From NCBI GenBank assembly GCA_965285935.1, contig OZ260663.1, forward strand, positions 112,778,001-112,842,000: DNA of 64,000 nucleotides, given 5' to 3'. This document shows positions 13,101-25,145 of this stretch, piece by piece. Made by a program: the position numbers and the translations under genes. Source of the stretch: Ophelia neglecta. Its lineage: Eukaryota. The stretch's first letter is position 1, and every line of letters begins with the position of its first letter. The notes beneath the pieces are model-generated. The model saw nothing but the letters and a program-made list of their open reading frames with translations, made no database searches and had not been told where the DNA came from.

Positions 13101-14531
13101 ACCTGCTTAGTGAGGGCGTAACGTTTCATCAATGTATCGATTAATAGAATCGGGTGGCTTCCAGCTATTCATATGAATAGGAAGATACATTCCCGCTAGT
13201 TTTTAATTAATTCAGATTATCTTTATTTTTCAAACAGAGATCTCTTGTTTCAATAGCTGAAAGCATCATCGCTTGATGCATATCAGCCAATCAATAATGG
13301 TATCAATGTGTTTGTTAAATATGTCAGCCCGTCAATCCCACTTCTTTTTGAACAAATTTCTGTGCGAAATATAAGCCAGTATATATAAAGTCACAGACGA
13401 GTAAACGGCTTGTAAATGTTATATGATGGAGTTTGTTGTCTACCCCAGTTCGGCCATTGATCACGAGAAATTTCATCGGAAATTTGACAAATCCCGTAAA
13501 CCACACAATTCAAGTTTGCGCAATTCCCTTTACCGTAACAGCCCTACTATTTACTAATTTGTAATTACATGTATTATCAACACTGTATAAATACACAGCT
13601 TCACGATCAATAGACTAACATCACAATCTCTTACCAATCCGACATCCATGTCCATGCCATCTGTGTTCTTTGCCACGTGGTTCGCCATCTAAACAAGAAC
13701 CGTTATTAAGACAAGTCCCGTTATCAGAGTCACAGCCATCGGTACATCTACAGGGGAACGACGCGCCCTGGGTGACGTCACCATAACGATCTACAGCTAG
13801 GACAAAAAAAAATATCACGGTATTATAGAACAGCTTGCTGTAGACCTTTACTTTCTTCTCACTTTGTGTTGTTTGAGATAAAACCGTCTATAATCTCACA
13901 ATTAATATGAATAGGTTAAACCTAGACTAGCGAGAGCAGGACATTTTCCTAAATTATTCATGTACCTATCAGAATGACACCCTACATGTAGAAGTACATG
14001 TACGACAAAGTTTTCAGACCATATTGATAGCTAGCATGAAACAATCTTCCAAGTTACCCCATTTTGGAGAAAAATGTCCCCTTGTTAATTGACTCTAGGC
14101 ACACAATATCTATGTTCATAAATTTAGGGAGCGACAATTAAATGATGAGGGGAGGGGGCAGGATTTTTGAAAAAAAAACACCCGGCACAGGTTAAAAAAA
14201 AATTCTGGATCCATATATGATGGACCCGGTTAAGGGTCATACAGAAAAAAATTCTTGGTCCTCCCGACTTAGAAAAAAAATTCTGCCACAGACAAAAATC
14301 CCCCCTCCCCTTGATCACTCTCTTATCAACTTGTACCCAAACAAAACATACCTGCTCAGTTGCAGAAAAAGACACAAACCAAAATGAGGTAAAATGTGGT
14401 AAAACATGAATATTTTTTTTTCTCAACTGTTTTTTTCCCAGTAACCTCTATATTATTCATATATAATTATTATAGCCATAACAAGCAGTCCACTGTAGGT
14501 CATGTGCTCATCTTGTCAACTGTATCTTATG

Positions 14532-14570
<39 letters not shown>

Positions 14571-17500
14571 GTATACATATGTATACATATATATATATCA
14601 TTAAATGCAATGTTTCTTCCTTCAAAACACCTTAAGTCTAGAACTTATCTCTACTATATGTGTAAATATGAAATGAAACAGTTTGGAAATATTTACAGTA
14701 AATAAAAATGTGGGGCTCATGTACTCTGTCCTTGGCCATAAATGTATATCCCTATACTGTACTTTCCAAGAGACTCCCTGTCCCGATATGACCTCTCAAG
14801 TGTTGAAAGGGACGTTAAAACCCAAACATTTAACATTTAACCTATACTGTATCCTACATACACCCTGTGCAATCGCAAATGAATGGAAGTGGGTAGAACA
14901 CGGGTTGAAATTATTTTCTCATTAGTTCAAGACATATTGTGGAGTATAAGTTGGTCAAAAATTAGGCAGGTATATCATTTGCATTAATGTTAAGGACTTC
15001 CTGCTGTTTCTTTGCTCTGTACCTAATTATTTCTTTGCCTGCTTTTCCTAACTTTGTCTTCTTTTTCATTTTCAATAAGGGGCTCATAGCACAAACCCAG
15101 TTTTCTGCATGATCTTTGAGTGGCTACCTCATTAATTGATAGATTTTCCTTGCTCCTTCCTATATTCATATCACCTCCTTCTTCAATATGAGCAGTTTTT
15201 TCCTTGTTGTTATCATCTAATTGCCTTTTAATGTGTGTTTTTGTTCTTGTTGTCAAGTCCATCTTTATTATTTGTGATTTTGTCATTGTTGTCTTTTCCT
15301 ACATTGGGAGATTTTATTCCTGTCTTTAGCTTTTCTTTTTGAACCGTAATCTGTGTTTTTCATTCCTTGTTTGCTGTGAGGTTTATTTTGTGTCAGATTC
15401 TGTATGGCCCTGTTGAGAATTTGACCCAAGGTGGCTCATGTGCTGTCGCAGATAGTTTTTTCCCTTTCCCAGTATCAGGAGAGAGGTGTGAAAATTTGAT
15501 GTTAGTATGGTCTGATTGTACCTGAAAATGAATTTGTGGTTGGAATTGGTTTGGCAAAATTGTGCCCTGATGAGAAACTTCCAGCAATTTTTGGATCTTA
15601 AACTCTATAAGGGTTATGAGAATTGATGTTGAAGTGTTCTGGCTATAGGGCCTCAACACATGAAAATGCTGGTTTGCCAATAAAAGTTGTATTTCTGTTG
15701 TAGTGACATTGTGATCCATTGGGTTAGAGCAGCCTTCAAGGAAATGGTTATCAACAATGGATCTTGCCATTGACACTTTTATAGAGCAGTCCAAAACCAT
15801 GCATGCCACCTATATCTCACAAATTTTACCTCAGTCATTACCATACAGCATGGTGTCAATATACCTTTCCCTATTCATCCTGATGAGAAGGTAGAGTTGA
15901 ACTTTATGCTGCCAAATATTGCAATTGGGGTTACAAAACCACATATATTGCTCCTGTATTCCCGACTTCCCGTGTTTTGGAAAGACTCCCATTCACTGTC
16001 AAACTAAGGGCATGAAATAAACAATTTCCATCCCTAGGTACCCTGTACAAGAAACATGATTCATTTTGAAAGTGTTTTAGCTGGGAAGAGACAGAGAAGA
16101 GGTCTGCTAGATTGTTTTGAAACTACTAACACTATTTGGCTTAACAAGGGGCGTTCCCCGGAGTAGTTGTGATCTACGGCCATTTTTCAGGAAAAATAGA
16201 ACTGGAAAATAAGACAGGGATGGTAGAAATTTAGGGCAAAATGATGTGTAATTTGGGTTGTTTTGTGTTGTATTGGGGTGTACTACTAAACCTGGATCAA
16301 AAATGACCAAAAGCCTCTGCTGATCGGAGAATCTCGACAAGTAGTTGACTAGTAGTGCGGTGCTGGTTCACAAGCAGACGATAAGGGGACGCCACTGAGC
16401 CGTGTGCACGCGCGCGTTCTAAAAGTCAACTCACAGACATTTTACCGGAACCATTAGTAAATATCAGCACAGGTCGCATTGTGTGAGTCAGTTGACCCCC
16501 AGATCTTTTCTGTGAAATAAACATGTGATAAATAATTCACGTAGATGTGGTGGTTCGAAAAAGATTATTTAGCACGTTTGCATTATATTCGAAATTAGAT
16601 TAAGTTAATGTCGTCTACCTCACTGAATCCGCATTTTAGTTTCTGAGCCGGGCTGTTGATATTTGAAAAAGGTTTGATCGCAGCGCAGATCAAGAGTGGC
16701 AAATCTGCCTAAAACTATCTTTTTTCAACTAAATATTTATCTAGTTGAATATTGATCACGTTGTGTGTATTGAATGAGAGACTTCTTTTTTTGGCCATTC
16801 AAATTAGTTCCGCAGAGCGCACACTGGCACGCTGCTGACGTATCCTTGTTTAATTGGTTATTTTATTCAGTTGGCTATCCACTTCCCGTCTTCCCCGCTA
16901 AAGGCACCCCAACCTCTTACCCCAATCTCCCTAAACCGCCTCACACGACCCTAACCACTTCCCCTCAAAGGACGAAAATATTTCTCGCTGATGACACCAG
17001 ATGGTCGATGGCAGTCTCCACATGGCAGCTACCTGACTATGTATGAACGCCATACAAACCCCACATGGCCCCTCGCAGACACCTTACGGACGCAGCAGGA
17101 CATCACATGGCCTCAGACAGAACGCCATACCGTCGCTGAAAGACACCGTATGGCTAACTAGACACTGGATGGGCCCTGGTACACCGATAATCTCCATAAC
17201 GAGTTTACTAACAGCCAAACTCGTGAAGTTTAAATAATCCCGGAAAGGCACACCCCAAGATTCATGGTTAGTATGTCGCATTTTATTATGTGAATACAAA
17301 TATATTACCCAGAACGTTAGAAAGTATTTTAAAAATATAGTATAACTAAAACGATAACAGCTTCTTAGCCAGTGTCAGCAGACGGCCCATGATGTACAAG
17401 CCATCTCAATCAACAAGTATATGGACAGCAGACAGTCAGCCCGGGTTCACCGAGTTATTGTACACTTCGTTGATCATTGGTTATAAGACTAACCTACATT

Positions 17501-18780
17501 TACATAGATATCCTGTGCGAATTCAAAGGCGGTCTTACGAAGCGTAAAAACATTTGATTTGGTGGCAAACATGTTTGCAAATACAAAAAAAGAAGATATA
17601 AAACTGTCGTATTATATACAAACATAGAGGCCCAGCATCTAGTTTTGTAGTTTCCGCTTAAGACATGGCTTAAACAATCTCACAGAAAACTGTTAGATAC
17701 CTGGGGGGCAATATTATTAATTAGTGCTCAAATATTACCAAAAGCAGTTCAGCCGGATAAAAATGTGCTGTCCGAAATTCCTCCCAGTGTGGATATTGGG
17801 AAGATAACAGCTTTATCTGCAACACAATCTGATCTAATTCTGCGAACACCGCTCTCTTGTCGGGTAGCCTTAATACGACTAATTGTCTTTCTTGGGCGGG
17901 CTGTTTCAGAGGACAAGTAACGAGATTATTAGACAGGATATGGTGGCTGTCATACACGAGATGGCGGCTGACACAGACCATATAACCGCTGTCTAACACC
18001 ATATGGCACCTATCAGTCACCCGACGGTCCATATCAGACACCAGATGGCAGCTATACAAACATAGCGGCCCAGCATGGAGTTTTGTAGTTTCCGCTCAAG
18101 ACATGGCTTAGACAATCTCATGTAAAACTGCTAGATACCTGGGGTGCAATATATTTAGTGCTCATATATTATCACAAGTAATTCAGCAGGATAGAAATGT
18201 GCTCTCAGAATTCCACCCCGGTGTGGATATTGAGAAGAAACTGTTTTATCTGCAATACAATTTGATCTAGGGCTTCGAACAGGGCTCTCTTGTCGAGTTA
18301 GACTTTTTACTACTAACTGTCTTTCTTCAGCGGGCTGTTGTAATGAAACGAGAGTACTGTTGTAGAGGTTAAATAACGACATTATTAGACATAATATGGC
18401 GGCTGTCATACACGAGATGGCCGCTGACAGATACCATATAACCCCTGTCTAATACCGTATGGCACCTAACAGATACCCGACGGTCCCTAGCAGGCACCAG
18501 ATGGCAGGTACAATACACCATATCTTATGGATGCTGACATACATGGGTTAGCGTCTACATAGTGAGGGTGTGATATGTCAATTATGATTGAACACCCTTC
18601 AGTGAAACAGATTACACAGGACTGAATAGACTACACAGAGGGGCCCCGAGACAGCACATGTTTATGATATGTCAAATTAAAATGTAAGGAGAAACTATTC
18701 AACACATTACCCATCACAGCTCTGAGAACGCAGGATATCACCAGAATACTATACACAGCTATCGTGAACAGCGTAGCCAT
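5076..18780 (-). CDS. Receptor-type protein tyrosine phosphatase with signal peptide, EGF-like/Cys-rich modules, F-type lectin domain, FN3, TM and tandem PTP D1-D2 (25 exons, about 1139 aa)
   Basis: GT-AG exons with consistent phases: 18711-18780, 13635-13790, 12793-13035, 12474-12698, 11417-11509, 11113-11289, 10453-10782, 10123-10303, 9879-9949, 9549-9757, 9378-9465, 9200-9282, 9040-9079, 8723-8820, 8324-8452, 8075-8221, 7811-7946, 7448-7596, 7042-7135, 6799-6869, 6549-6683, 6331-6462, 5624-5778, 5308-5443, 5076-5147 (sum 3420 nt). Motifs DYINA, ATQ, DFWRM, WPD, HCSAGVGRTG (in the shifted frame), QTPEQY and D2 VQCLDGATRCG. The acceptors at 9757 and 10303 are less certain. Confidence 0.88.
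7448..9465 (-). CDS. PTP D1 domain exons (catalytic segment out of frame between about 8132 and about 7500)
   Basis: KDRFKNI, DYINANF, YVATQAP, DFWRMMWQ, KCGNYW and WPD in frame. VHCSAGVGRTG and QTPEQY are present only in the neighbouring frame. Confidence 0.85.
10453..10782 (-). CDS. Fibronectin type III exon of the RPTP
   Basis: SSTTVILEW...IGYQVYRK...VVGLEPWTRYQFGLSVY; 330-nt phase 1-1 exon. Confidence 0.88.
12474..13035 (-). CDS. F-type lectin (fucolectin/F5-8C-like) domain exons of the RPTP
   Basis: NVA..AHQ...AVDG...HCAQ...WWYVDLG..VIYSV.LFN...GRYV...LVICEFVV pattern. Confidence 0.82.
14531..14600. repeat. (CA)n(TA)n microsatellite
   Basis: Read directly from the sequence. Confidence 0.9.
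15000..16080 (-). pseudogene. Decayed OTU-like cysteine protease ORF, probably from a Helitron/Helentron or LINE
   Basis: VPRDGNCLFHALS (about 16005-16045), YIDTM...ND*G..EI*VA and IQLLLANQHFHVL (about 15655-15695), then a K/E/T-rich linker. Intronless, with stops and frameshifts. Confidence 0.65.
16985..17190. repeat. Degenerate 21-bp-period array (cagacaccagatgg family)
   Basis: Same unit family as 500-630, 17930-18060 and 18390-18520. Confidence 0.55.
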
Positions 18781-18880
18781 CTTTAAGGCTCTCGGGCGGT
18801 ACTGAACGGTTGGTGTAATATTCCCAGCTATTAAACTTCCTTGATGTATAAATCGTGCACCTTATAAGACCGCGTATTGC
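17380..18880 (-). repeat. Receptor-family first-intron/promoter block with an internal duplication
   Basis: Homologous to 1-820, 55705-56920 and 57421-58540. 17615-18060 is duplicated at 18060-18530. Confidence 0.75.
18711..18780 (-). CDS. Signal-peptide first exon of the RPTP (MATLFTIAVYSILVISCVLRAVM)
   Basis: ATG, hydrophobic 23-mer and phase-1 donor GTAATG matching the phase of the 13635-13790 exon. Conserved paralogs at 56616-56685 and 58249-58318. Confidence 0.75.
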
Positions 18881-19309
18881 GCCTGGCCTTTTCGTCGGTG
18901 TCCATCTGCTGTTACTTATAGATATATTATAATGCAACATTCAAGCATCACGGCATTCTATTTGTTAGTCTGCACAAAAGAGAAAACATTGAATACAAAT
19001 CTCTGGCGCGAACTAACGACCCGGTTGATTGACTTCGTGGTTCTCACTGTAAAGCTATATGTTTAAATCAGCTGCTTACTTCTTGGCTCTATTCCATATT
19101 GTGATAGGGGTTGGGTGGTGAATCAGACGCTAAAATGATCACCCGGGGGGGGGGGGGGGAGGATTAGTCACTAGGAATGGCTTGCGTGATGGGGGGGTGG
19201 GGTAAGATAACAACGTTCGGGGGGGGGGGGGGGTAAATGTTTTTGACCTGTTCACGGTGGGGTGTCGGCATCGCTTAATCATCCACAGGGAGTGGGTTTA
19301 CTTTCCGCA

Positions 19310-19955
19310 AACAACCAGGACGCTGTCGTTATCAGGGGCGGATCCAGGGGAGGGGGCGTAGGGGGGGGGGGAGGCCCCTACCAAGCCATCTAGGCTGGGA
19401 GCGACACAGGTGCAAGTACGGGGACATGGGACACTCATGTGGGATATGTTTATGCGTGGCGTATTGATGTGTGTGTGTGTGGGGGGGGGGGGGGCAGTGA
19501 TGATGATCAAATGTGGCATTTTTCATCATACGGTAATAAATTAAACTGTTCTAGAAAGAACTTATTTGCTTCGTTTCCCCAACAGACGCCCAAAACATAG
19601 GCAACTAGATGTATGTATGTAACAGCTGTGGCCACGCCCCCCCCCCCATCCACCCTCCTCCCCCCACCCCCCCCCCCCCCCGCCCCCCGCTTTCCAATTC
19701 TTCCACATGGAGTGGCCACCCCTGGAAATTGCTGGATCCGCATCTGGTTATAACTCTTAATAACAACCAGGACGCTGTCGTTATCAGGGGCTGATCCAGG
19801 GGGGGCGTAGAGGGGGGGAGGCCCCTACCAAGCCATCTAGGCTGGGAGCGACACAGGTGCAAGTACGCGGACACCCCCCCTACCCTTTCCAAATAATCCA
19901 CATGGAGTAGCCACCCCTGGAAATTCCTGGATCCGCATCTGGTTATAACTCTTAA
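19310..19955. mobile_element. Two tandem MITE-like copies (caggggcggatccagg ... ctggatccgcatctg)
   Basis: 19310-19420 matches 19763-19868 and 19703-19760 matches 19898-19955; short imperfect terminal inverted motifs. Confidence 0.55.
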
Positions 19956-20029
19956 TATTAAGTCTACGTAAGTCAGCGACTTTAACATTATACTTCCACC
20001 TAGTACGGCTGGATGGGCTTTGGTTTATT

Positions 20030-20710
20030 ATTGTGTATATTATGTCAGGGTGTCTTGTCCATATACCACAGTCTATGTCAGTGTCTTGTCCATACTCCCA
20101 TACGTTAGGTCAGGGTTTCTTAGCCGTAGTACCACAACCTAGGTCAGAGTGTCTTGTCCATACTACAACAGGCTTTACGTTGTTGTTGACAACATTATCT
20201 GGTTAAAAGAACCGTTTTCGTCTTGTCCATATTACACCGCCCAGTTCAGGTTGTCTTATCAATACTTCCAATGACTTGGTCGGAGTCTTGTCCATACTAC
20301 CACAGGCTAGGTCAGAGGGTAGCTTATATCTGCAACCACATGCTTATTCAGCTGTCATGCCTATGTCCACACAGGATAGATCACGGTATCTCGTCCATAC
20401 GACTTTATATTAGGTCAGGGTGTCTTTGACGTACTGCTACAGACTAGGTCAAAGTGCCTTGTCCATACTATTACATAAAGAGTCAGGTCGTGTTTCCATA
20501 GTACGACAACCTAGGTTAGGGTATCTCTCTATACTGCTACAAACAAGGGTCTTGTCCATACTACTACTGACTAGGTCAGGGCTGTCTTGTCCATACTACT
20601 ACTGACTAGGTCAGGGTGTCTTTTCCATGCTACCACTGACTAGGTCAGGGCTGTCTCGTCCATACTATTTAGATTAGGCGAAGATGTCTTGTCCTTTCGG
20701 CCACAGCCTA
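20030..20710. repeat. Degenerate minisatellite, about 34-35 bp (gtccatactactactgactaggtcagggtgtctt)
   Basis: Roughly 20 diverged copies; best preserved at 20550-20665. Confidence 0.75.
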
Positions 20711-20980
20711 GGTAACCATCAACGCCCCCCCCCCCCCCCCTACTTCCCTCTCGTGCGCATGTCAGGTCAGCCCCGACAAATTAGTATATATAAATATATA
20801 TCGTACCTGGCTAATATATATTGGTTGAGCACGTTAGGATGTACTGATCACAGAAACTTAGGTTGACATTTTGTCAAAGTGTCTGAATTTTCAAAGTCGC
20901 GAATTCAAAACCATGATCTAGAGGGAGAAACCGGGGGATACTATTTACATTGTTTTAACCAGGAGCTAGAGGAAAACCAA

Positions 20981-21228
20981 TGTTCCGGCGAAAGTTTAAC
21001 ACTATACAAGAAATGTCACGACTAATTTTACTTCTATATTTCTAAGTTTATTTCCTGCTCATAATCATCCATGGCAAACAAAACAAGTACCAAACTCAAC
21101 CTGAAGGCCTTGACCTTCATTTACATTCAATAACAATTTGCAGCGCACCTAGTGGTCACTGACTAAACTTAAAGCTAACAGTGTCCTACTACTTATACTA
21201 AGCAATTTAACCAAAAGTCTGCACAACA
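20981..21228 (-). repeat. 3' LTR of the BEL/Pao element
   Basis: Direct repeat of 27418-27665. Confidence 0.95.
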
Positions 21229-21480
21229 TCCTCCCCTTTCTGATATGAAATATCAACTAAATTTAACTAAAAGTTCATAATACTTATGCATGTCCGCATA
21301 GCTTCTAATGGTAATAAGATATTCCAAATCGAACTGGCTGTGTATCCAATTGAACTTTACGATATAAATTATATGTTTTACTGAATGATTTTTTCGAAAA
21401 AGCGTCATATTGATTATCCTGTGAGCAGATTCTCGTAAATCTTAGATGAAATTATTAACTAAATTTCATGTATCTGCTTG

Positions 21481-23091
21481 TTACTGATCGCGGCCTTGTT
21501 CCAATGGGCATAGCTTTGCTATGGGACGACGAAGAATAGTTTGTCCAACCTTGATATCAGCTGTTCGGACATGGCCGTCACGACCTGGGAAAGTCCTGAT
21601 TACTCTACCCAGGGGCCATTTGCCTCTAGGGGTGTCCGGTATAAGGACTAGTACTACTTCCCCTACATGAATGTCATCACGCGTTTGGCTCCATTTTTTA
21701 CGTGTGTTCAGTCCAGGAAGCCATTCACGTAGCCATCTGTTCCAAAATTGTCGCTTTAGTTCCTGAATGCGTCGCCATCGCTTCCGGGGACTGAAGTCAG
21801 TGCTGTCAACTGACTCGGGAGCAAATTCTCCTCCTATTTGCCCATGGAGGAAATGGTTGGGCGTCAATGGTACGTAGTCATCACAGTTCGCACTTTGGTA
21901 AATGAGAGGCCGAGAATTGATTAAGCCTTCAGCACATACAATGGCAGTCAACAGTTCCTCATCTGTTACATCAGCATCTCCGAGGATAGCTTTTATTGCC
22001 CGCTTAGCTGCTTTGATCATTATTTCGTGAGCACCATTAAAGTGTGGTGCTCCAGGGGGGTTGAAATGCCACTGCACTCCGCGATTGGCTGTTGATTCCT
22101 GTATCTTATTTTGATCAAGTGCAGCGACAAGTTCACGTAACTCTCTGTCCGCCCCTATGAAGTTAGTTCCATTATCCGAGACCATGTCCCTCGGTAGGCC
22201 TCTACGGGAAACCATGCGGAAAAAGGAATTCAAAAACGAATCCGTGTCTAAGCGGTAGGCTAGTTCCAGATCAACTGCTCTGGTTTGCAAACATGTAAAT
22301 AGACATAAATATCTCTTTTCACGGATTCTTCCTCGGCGTTGCTTTGTAATAAACGGACCAGCGAAATCGACTGCATTTTGAGTGAATGCCCGAAGCGACA
22401 TACGCGTTCGAAGTTCTTCAAGTGGTGCCATCACTCGGCTGGCAGGAGATGCTTTCCTCAACTTACATCTCATACACTTTCTCTCCCATCCTCTTATTGC
22501 CTCTCTAGCAGAGACAATCCAAAAGCACCTGGAGAGGTGTGAAAGCACCTGATTTGTCCCACCATGCTGACACTGTTCATGTGCCTCCTTAACGATCAAT
22601 GTGGTGACGTGGTGTCGACGTGGCAAAATAACTGGGTATCTTGTTTCCCACGACAAGCATTCGGCGAAGCACAATCGACCATCACATCGTAGAATGCCCT
22701 CCTCATCCAACATTGGTTTCAGAGGTCTGAGCTGTGAGTTGCTGGGTAACTGCTGACCGGCTCGCAATTTACGAATGTCTTCTCCAAATTGCTCTTGCTG
22801 AGCTATTTTGATGAAGTGTCTTTGAGAATCAGCAAGCTCTGCTGGCTGAATTGGCCCTGTTCTACGCAGTGGCTCTGGCAAGCGACAATTGTCTACAAAT
22901 CTCATCACTCTGGCCATCAACCTGGTCAATTTGACCCAGTTAGAGAAACGTGAGGGGTCTAGTCTGTCACACATGGCTGGTTCTGTAGATGTTACAAGAG
23001 CAACATCTTTGTCTGGTGCTCCTGTACTTACAGTACAATAGAGCTCTCTGTACTGTTTTCTGAGTTCTTTGTCCTGGTTTGATTTGGTCAA
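21481..23091 (-). CDS. BEL/Pao integrase fragment
   Basis: HHCC zinc finger (H..HGG...C..C), VDFAGP, SDNGTNF, C-terminal DUF5641-like WPLGRV. Confidence 0.92.
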   Translation of the reverse strand: MTKSNQDKELRKQYRELYCTVSTGAPDKDVALVTSTEPAMCDRLDPSRFSNWVKLTRLMARVMRFVDNCRLPEPLRRTGPIQPAELADSQRHFIKIAQQEQFGEDIRKLRAGQQLPSNSQLRPLKPMLDEEGILRCDGRLCFAECLSWETRYPVILPRRHHVTTLIVKEAHEQCQHGGTNQVLSHLSRCFWIVSAREAIRGWERKCMRCKLRKASPASRVMAPLEELRTRMSLRAFTQNAVDFAGPFITKQRRGRIREKRYLCLFTCLQTRAVDLELAYRLDTDSFLNSFFRMVSRRGLPRDMVSDNGTNFIGADRELRELVAALDQNKIQESTANRGVQWHFNPPGAPHFNGAHEIMIKAAKRAIKAILGDADVTDEELLTAIVCAEGLINSRPLIYQSANCDDYVPLTPNHFLHGQIGGEFAPESVDSTDFSPRKRWRRIQELKRQFWNRWLREWLPGLNTRKKWSQTRDDIHVGEVVLVLIPDTPRGKWPLGRVIRTFPGRDGHVRTADIKVGQTILRRPIAKLCPLEQGRDQ

Positions 23092-23184
23092 TATAGGAGT
23101 TTCTGGCCAGCCTGCAGTATCTGAATGCAGAAATTTAGGACCGTTCCACCATCTATCCTCGTCTATAAGGCTAGATACTGAGAG

Positions 23185-25068
23185 TCAACGAGTAAGCATA
23201 TCTGCCGGATTCTCATCTGTTGGCACGTACCTCCACTGAGAGGGTTCAGTAGACGCTTGAATGTCACCAACACGATTAGCTACGAACGGCTTAAATTTGC
23301 GACTGTTTCCCCTGATCCAATAAAGGACGTCCATGCTATCTGACCAAAATTGACAGTCAGTTTTCGAAATGTTCAGAGCATTTGCTACAGGTTCCAACAT
23401 TCTGAGTCCTACGATAGCTGCCATAAGTTCAAGTCTAGGTATGCTCACGGCATTCAGAGGTGCAACCCGTGACTTTGCACTGACTAACCTACAAGTGACT
23501 GTCCCATCCGTATATTGGTGTCTGGTATATGCAGCTCCTCCATAAGCCATCTCTGATGCATCTACGAAAAAATGGAGAGCTACATTGTCCAGTTTTTTCC
23601 TGATTTTGAGACAGCGAGGAATAGTGATATGTGCCAAGTCCTCCAATTCGCTGAACCATTTTTGTGCTCTTTTCACCAGTTCTACATCAGGAGTTTCATC
23701 CCAGGCCAAACCAGCAGCCCACATATCCTGCAGTAGTTTCCTTGCCTGGACAGTGAATGGGACTAGGAAACCCAATGGATCGAATAAAGTGGCTATCTTA
23801 TTCAGGAAGCTTCGCTTTGTAATTTCATATTCACTGTCCGGGGGATTAACAGAGAAATGGAATGTGTCGCTCTCTGGAATCCAAAGCACACCCAATGTTT
23901 TTATGCATGGCACTGGATCTTTGTCCAAATTTACAGCACTAATGCAATCTGCAGATGGTATCCACTTCCGAGCATGCATACCTGCGGATGCCCACAAGCC
24001 TGATAACTGCTTGTAGAGTTCAATAGCCGTGTCCTCATCAGCTACAGAGTCGAGGCTATCGTCCATGTAGGTTCCCTGCAAGACGGTCTCTGCTGCAAGT
24101 GGATATTCTGCCTGATGCTGTCTGGCATGAAACTGAGATATGAATTGTGCCATAAACGGAGATGAACCCATGCCGAATACTACTCTCGTAAATTCGTAGA
24201 CATCTGGTGGCTTACTTTGATCTAAGTCCCGCCATAAAAATCTATGAAATGGCCGGTCTTCGTATTTCAAACGTATTTGTAGGTACATTTCAGCCACGTC
24301 GCTTGTTAGAGCAATGGATTCTCGACGGAATCGTAGGAGAACAGCTACTAGATCATTCTGCAGTTTCGGTCCTTCATTGACAACATCATTGACTGATATA
24401 CCATCACATTTGGCGGCCGCATCGAATACTATGCGCACCTTGGTCGTACTCTTGTCAGGCCGTAATACAGGAAAATGTGGCAGATACCAAAGTTCATTGG
24501 GTTCCTGTTCCTGTGGCGCCACCTGTCGAATGTACCCCTTGTCTAGGTAACCTTGCAATACATTTCGGTATGCCTGACTTAGTTCTGGATTTCTGAGCAA
24601 TCTTTTTTCTGTATTGCTCAGTCTTTGCAATGCCACTTCGTAATTGTTTGGCAATGCAGGCCTGTCCTTCTTCCATGGTATACCAACACTGTAATGTCCA
24701 TCATTGTACTGTAAAGTTTCTGTAACAATTTCATTGGCATGTTTTTCATCTGGCTTTATCAATCTCCCAATGGTTTGTGGCTCTTCAATGTCCCAAAATT
24801 TACGAACAAGCTGATCGAGTTCCATAGTATCATTCTGAAAGAATGTAAAGTTAGTGTGAGGTTGTCCAGAACTGCCCTGCATATTGCCAATGCAAGTCCA
24901 TCCTAATGGCGTCAGTCTGGCAATTGGTTCTCCAGATTCACCTTTAATTTCACGCAGAGAACAATGCAGATCAATCTGGTCTATCCCGATTAGAATGTCT
25001 ACTATTGGCCGGTGTCCTGCCTGCGGAAATTTGATGCCAGCTTCCATCTGTCTTGCTGCTGTTTCCAA
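23185..25068 (-). CDS. BEL/Pao reverse transcriptase and RNase H fragment
   Basis: YLPHFPV, RIVFDAA, YMDD, FVDAS, IPRLEL, WSDS, NPAD motifs. Confidence 0.92.
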   Translation of the reverse strand: METAARQMEAGIKFPQAGHRPIVDILIGIDQIDLHCSLREIKGESGEPIARLTPLGWTCIGNMQGSSGQPHTNFTFFQNDTMELDQLVRKFWDIEEPQTIGRLIKPDEKHANEIVTETLQYNDGHYSVGIPWKKDRPALPNNYEVALQRLSNTEKRLLRNPELSQAYRNVLQGYLDKGYIRQVAPQEQEPNELWYLPHFPVLRPDKSTTKVRIVFDAAAKCDGISVNDVVNEGPKLQNDLVAVLLRFRRESIALTSDVAEMYLQIRLKYEDRPFHRFLWRDLDQSKPPDVYEFTRVVFGMGSSPFMAQFISQFHARQHQAEYPLAAETVLQGTYMDDSLDSVADEDTAIELYKQLSGLWASAGMHARKWIPSADCISAVNLDKDPVPCIKTLGVLWIPESDTFHFSVNPPDSEYEITKRSFLNKIATLFDPLGFLVPFTVQARKLLQDMWAAGLAWDETPDVELVKRAQKWFSELEDLAHITIPRCLKIRKKLDNVALHFFVDASEMAYGGAAYTRHQYTDGTVTCRLVSAKSRVAPLNAVSIPRLELMAAIVGLRMLEPVANALNISKTDCQFWSDSMDVLYWIRGNSRKFKPFVANRVGDIQASTEPSQWRYVPTDENPADMLTR

Positions 25069-25145
25069 TTTACAACCTGCATGTTGCCTGTGACACGCTT
25101 TGTGGAATAAGCAGTGATCGGCTTAACAACTTTGCCATCTATGCT

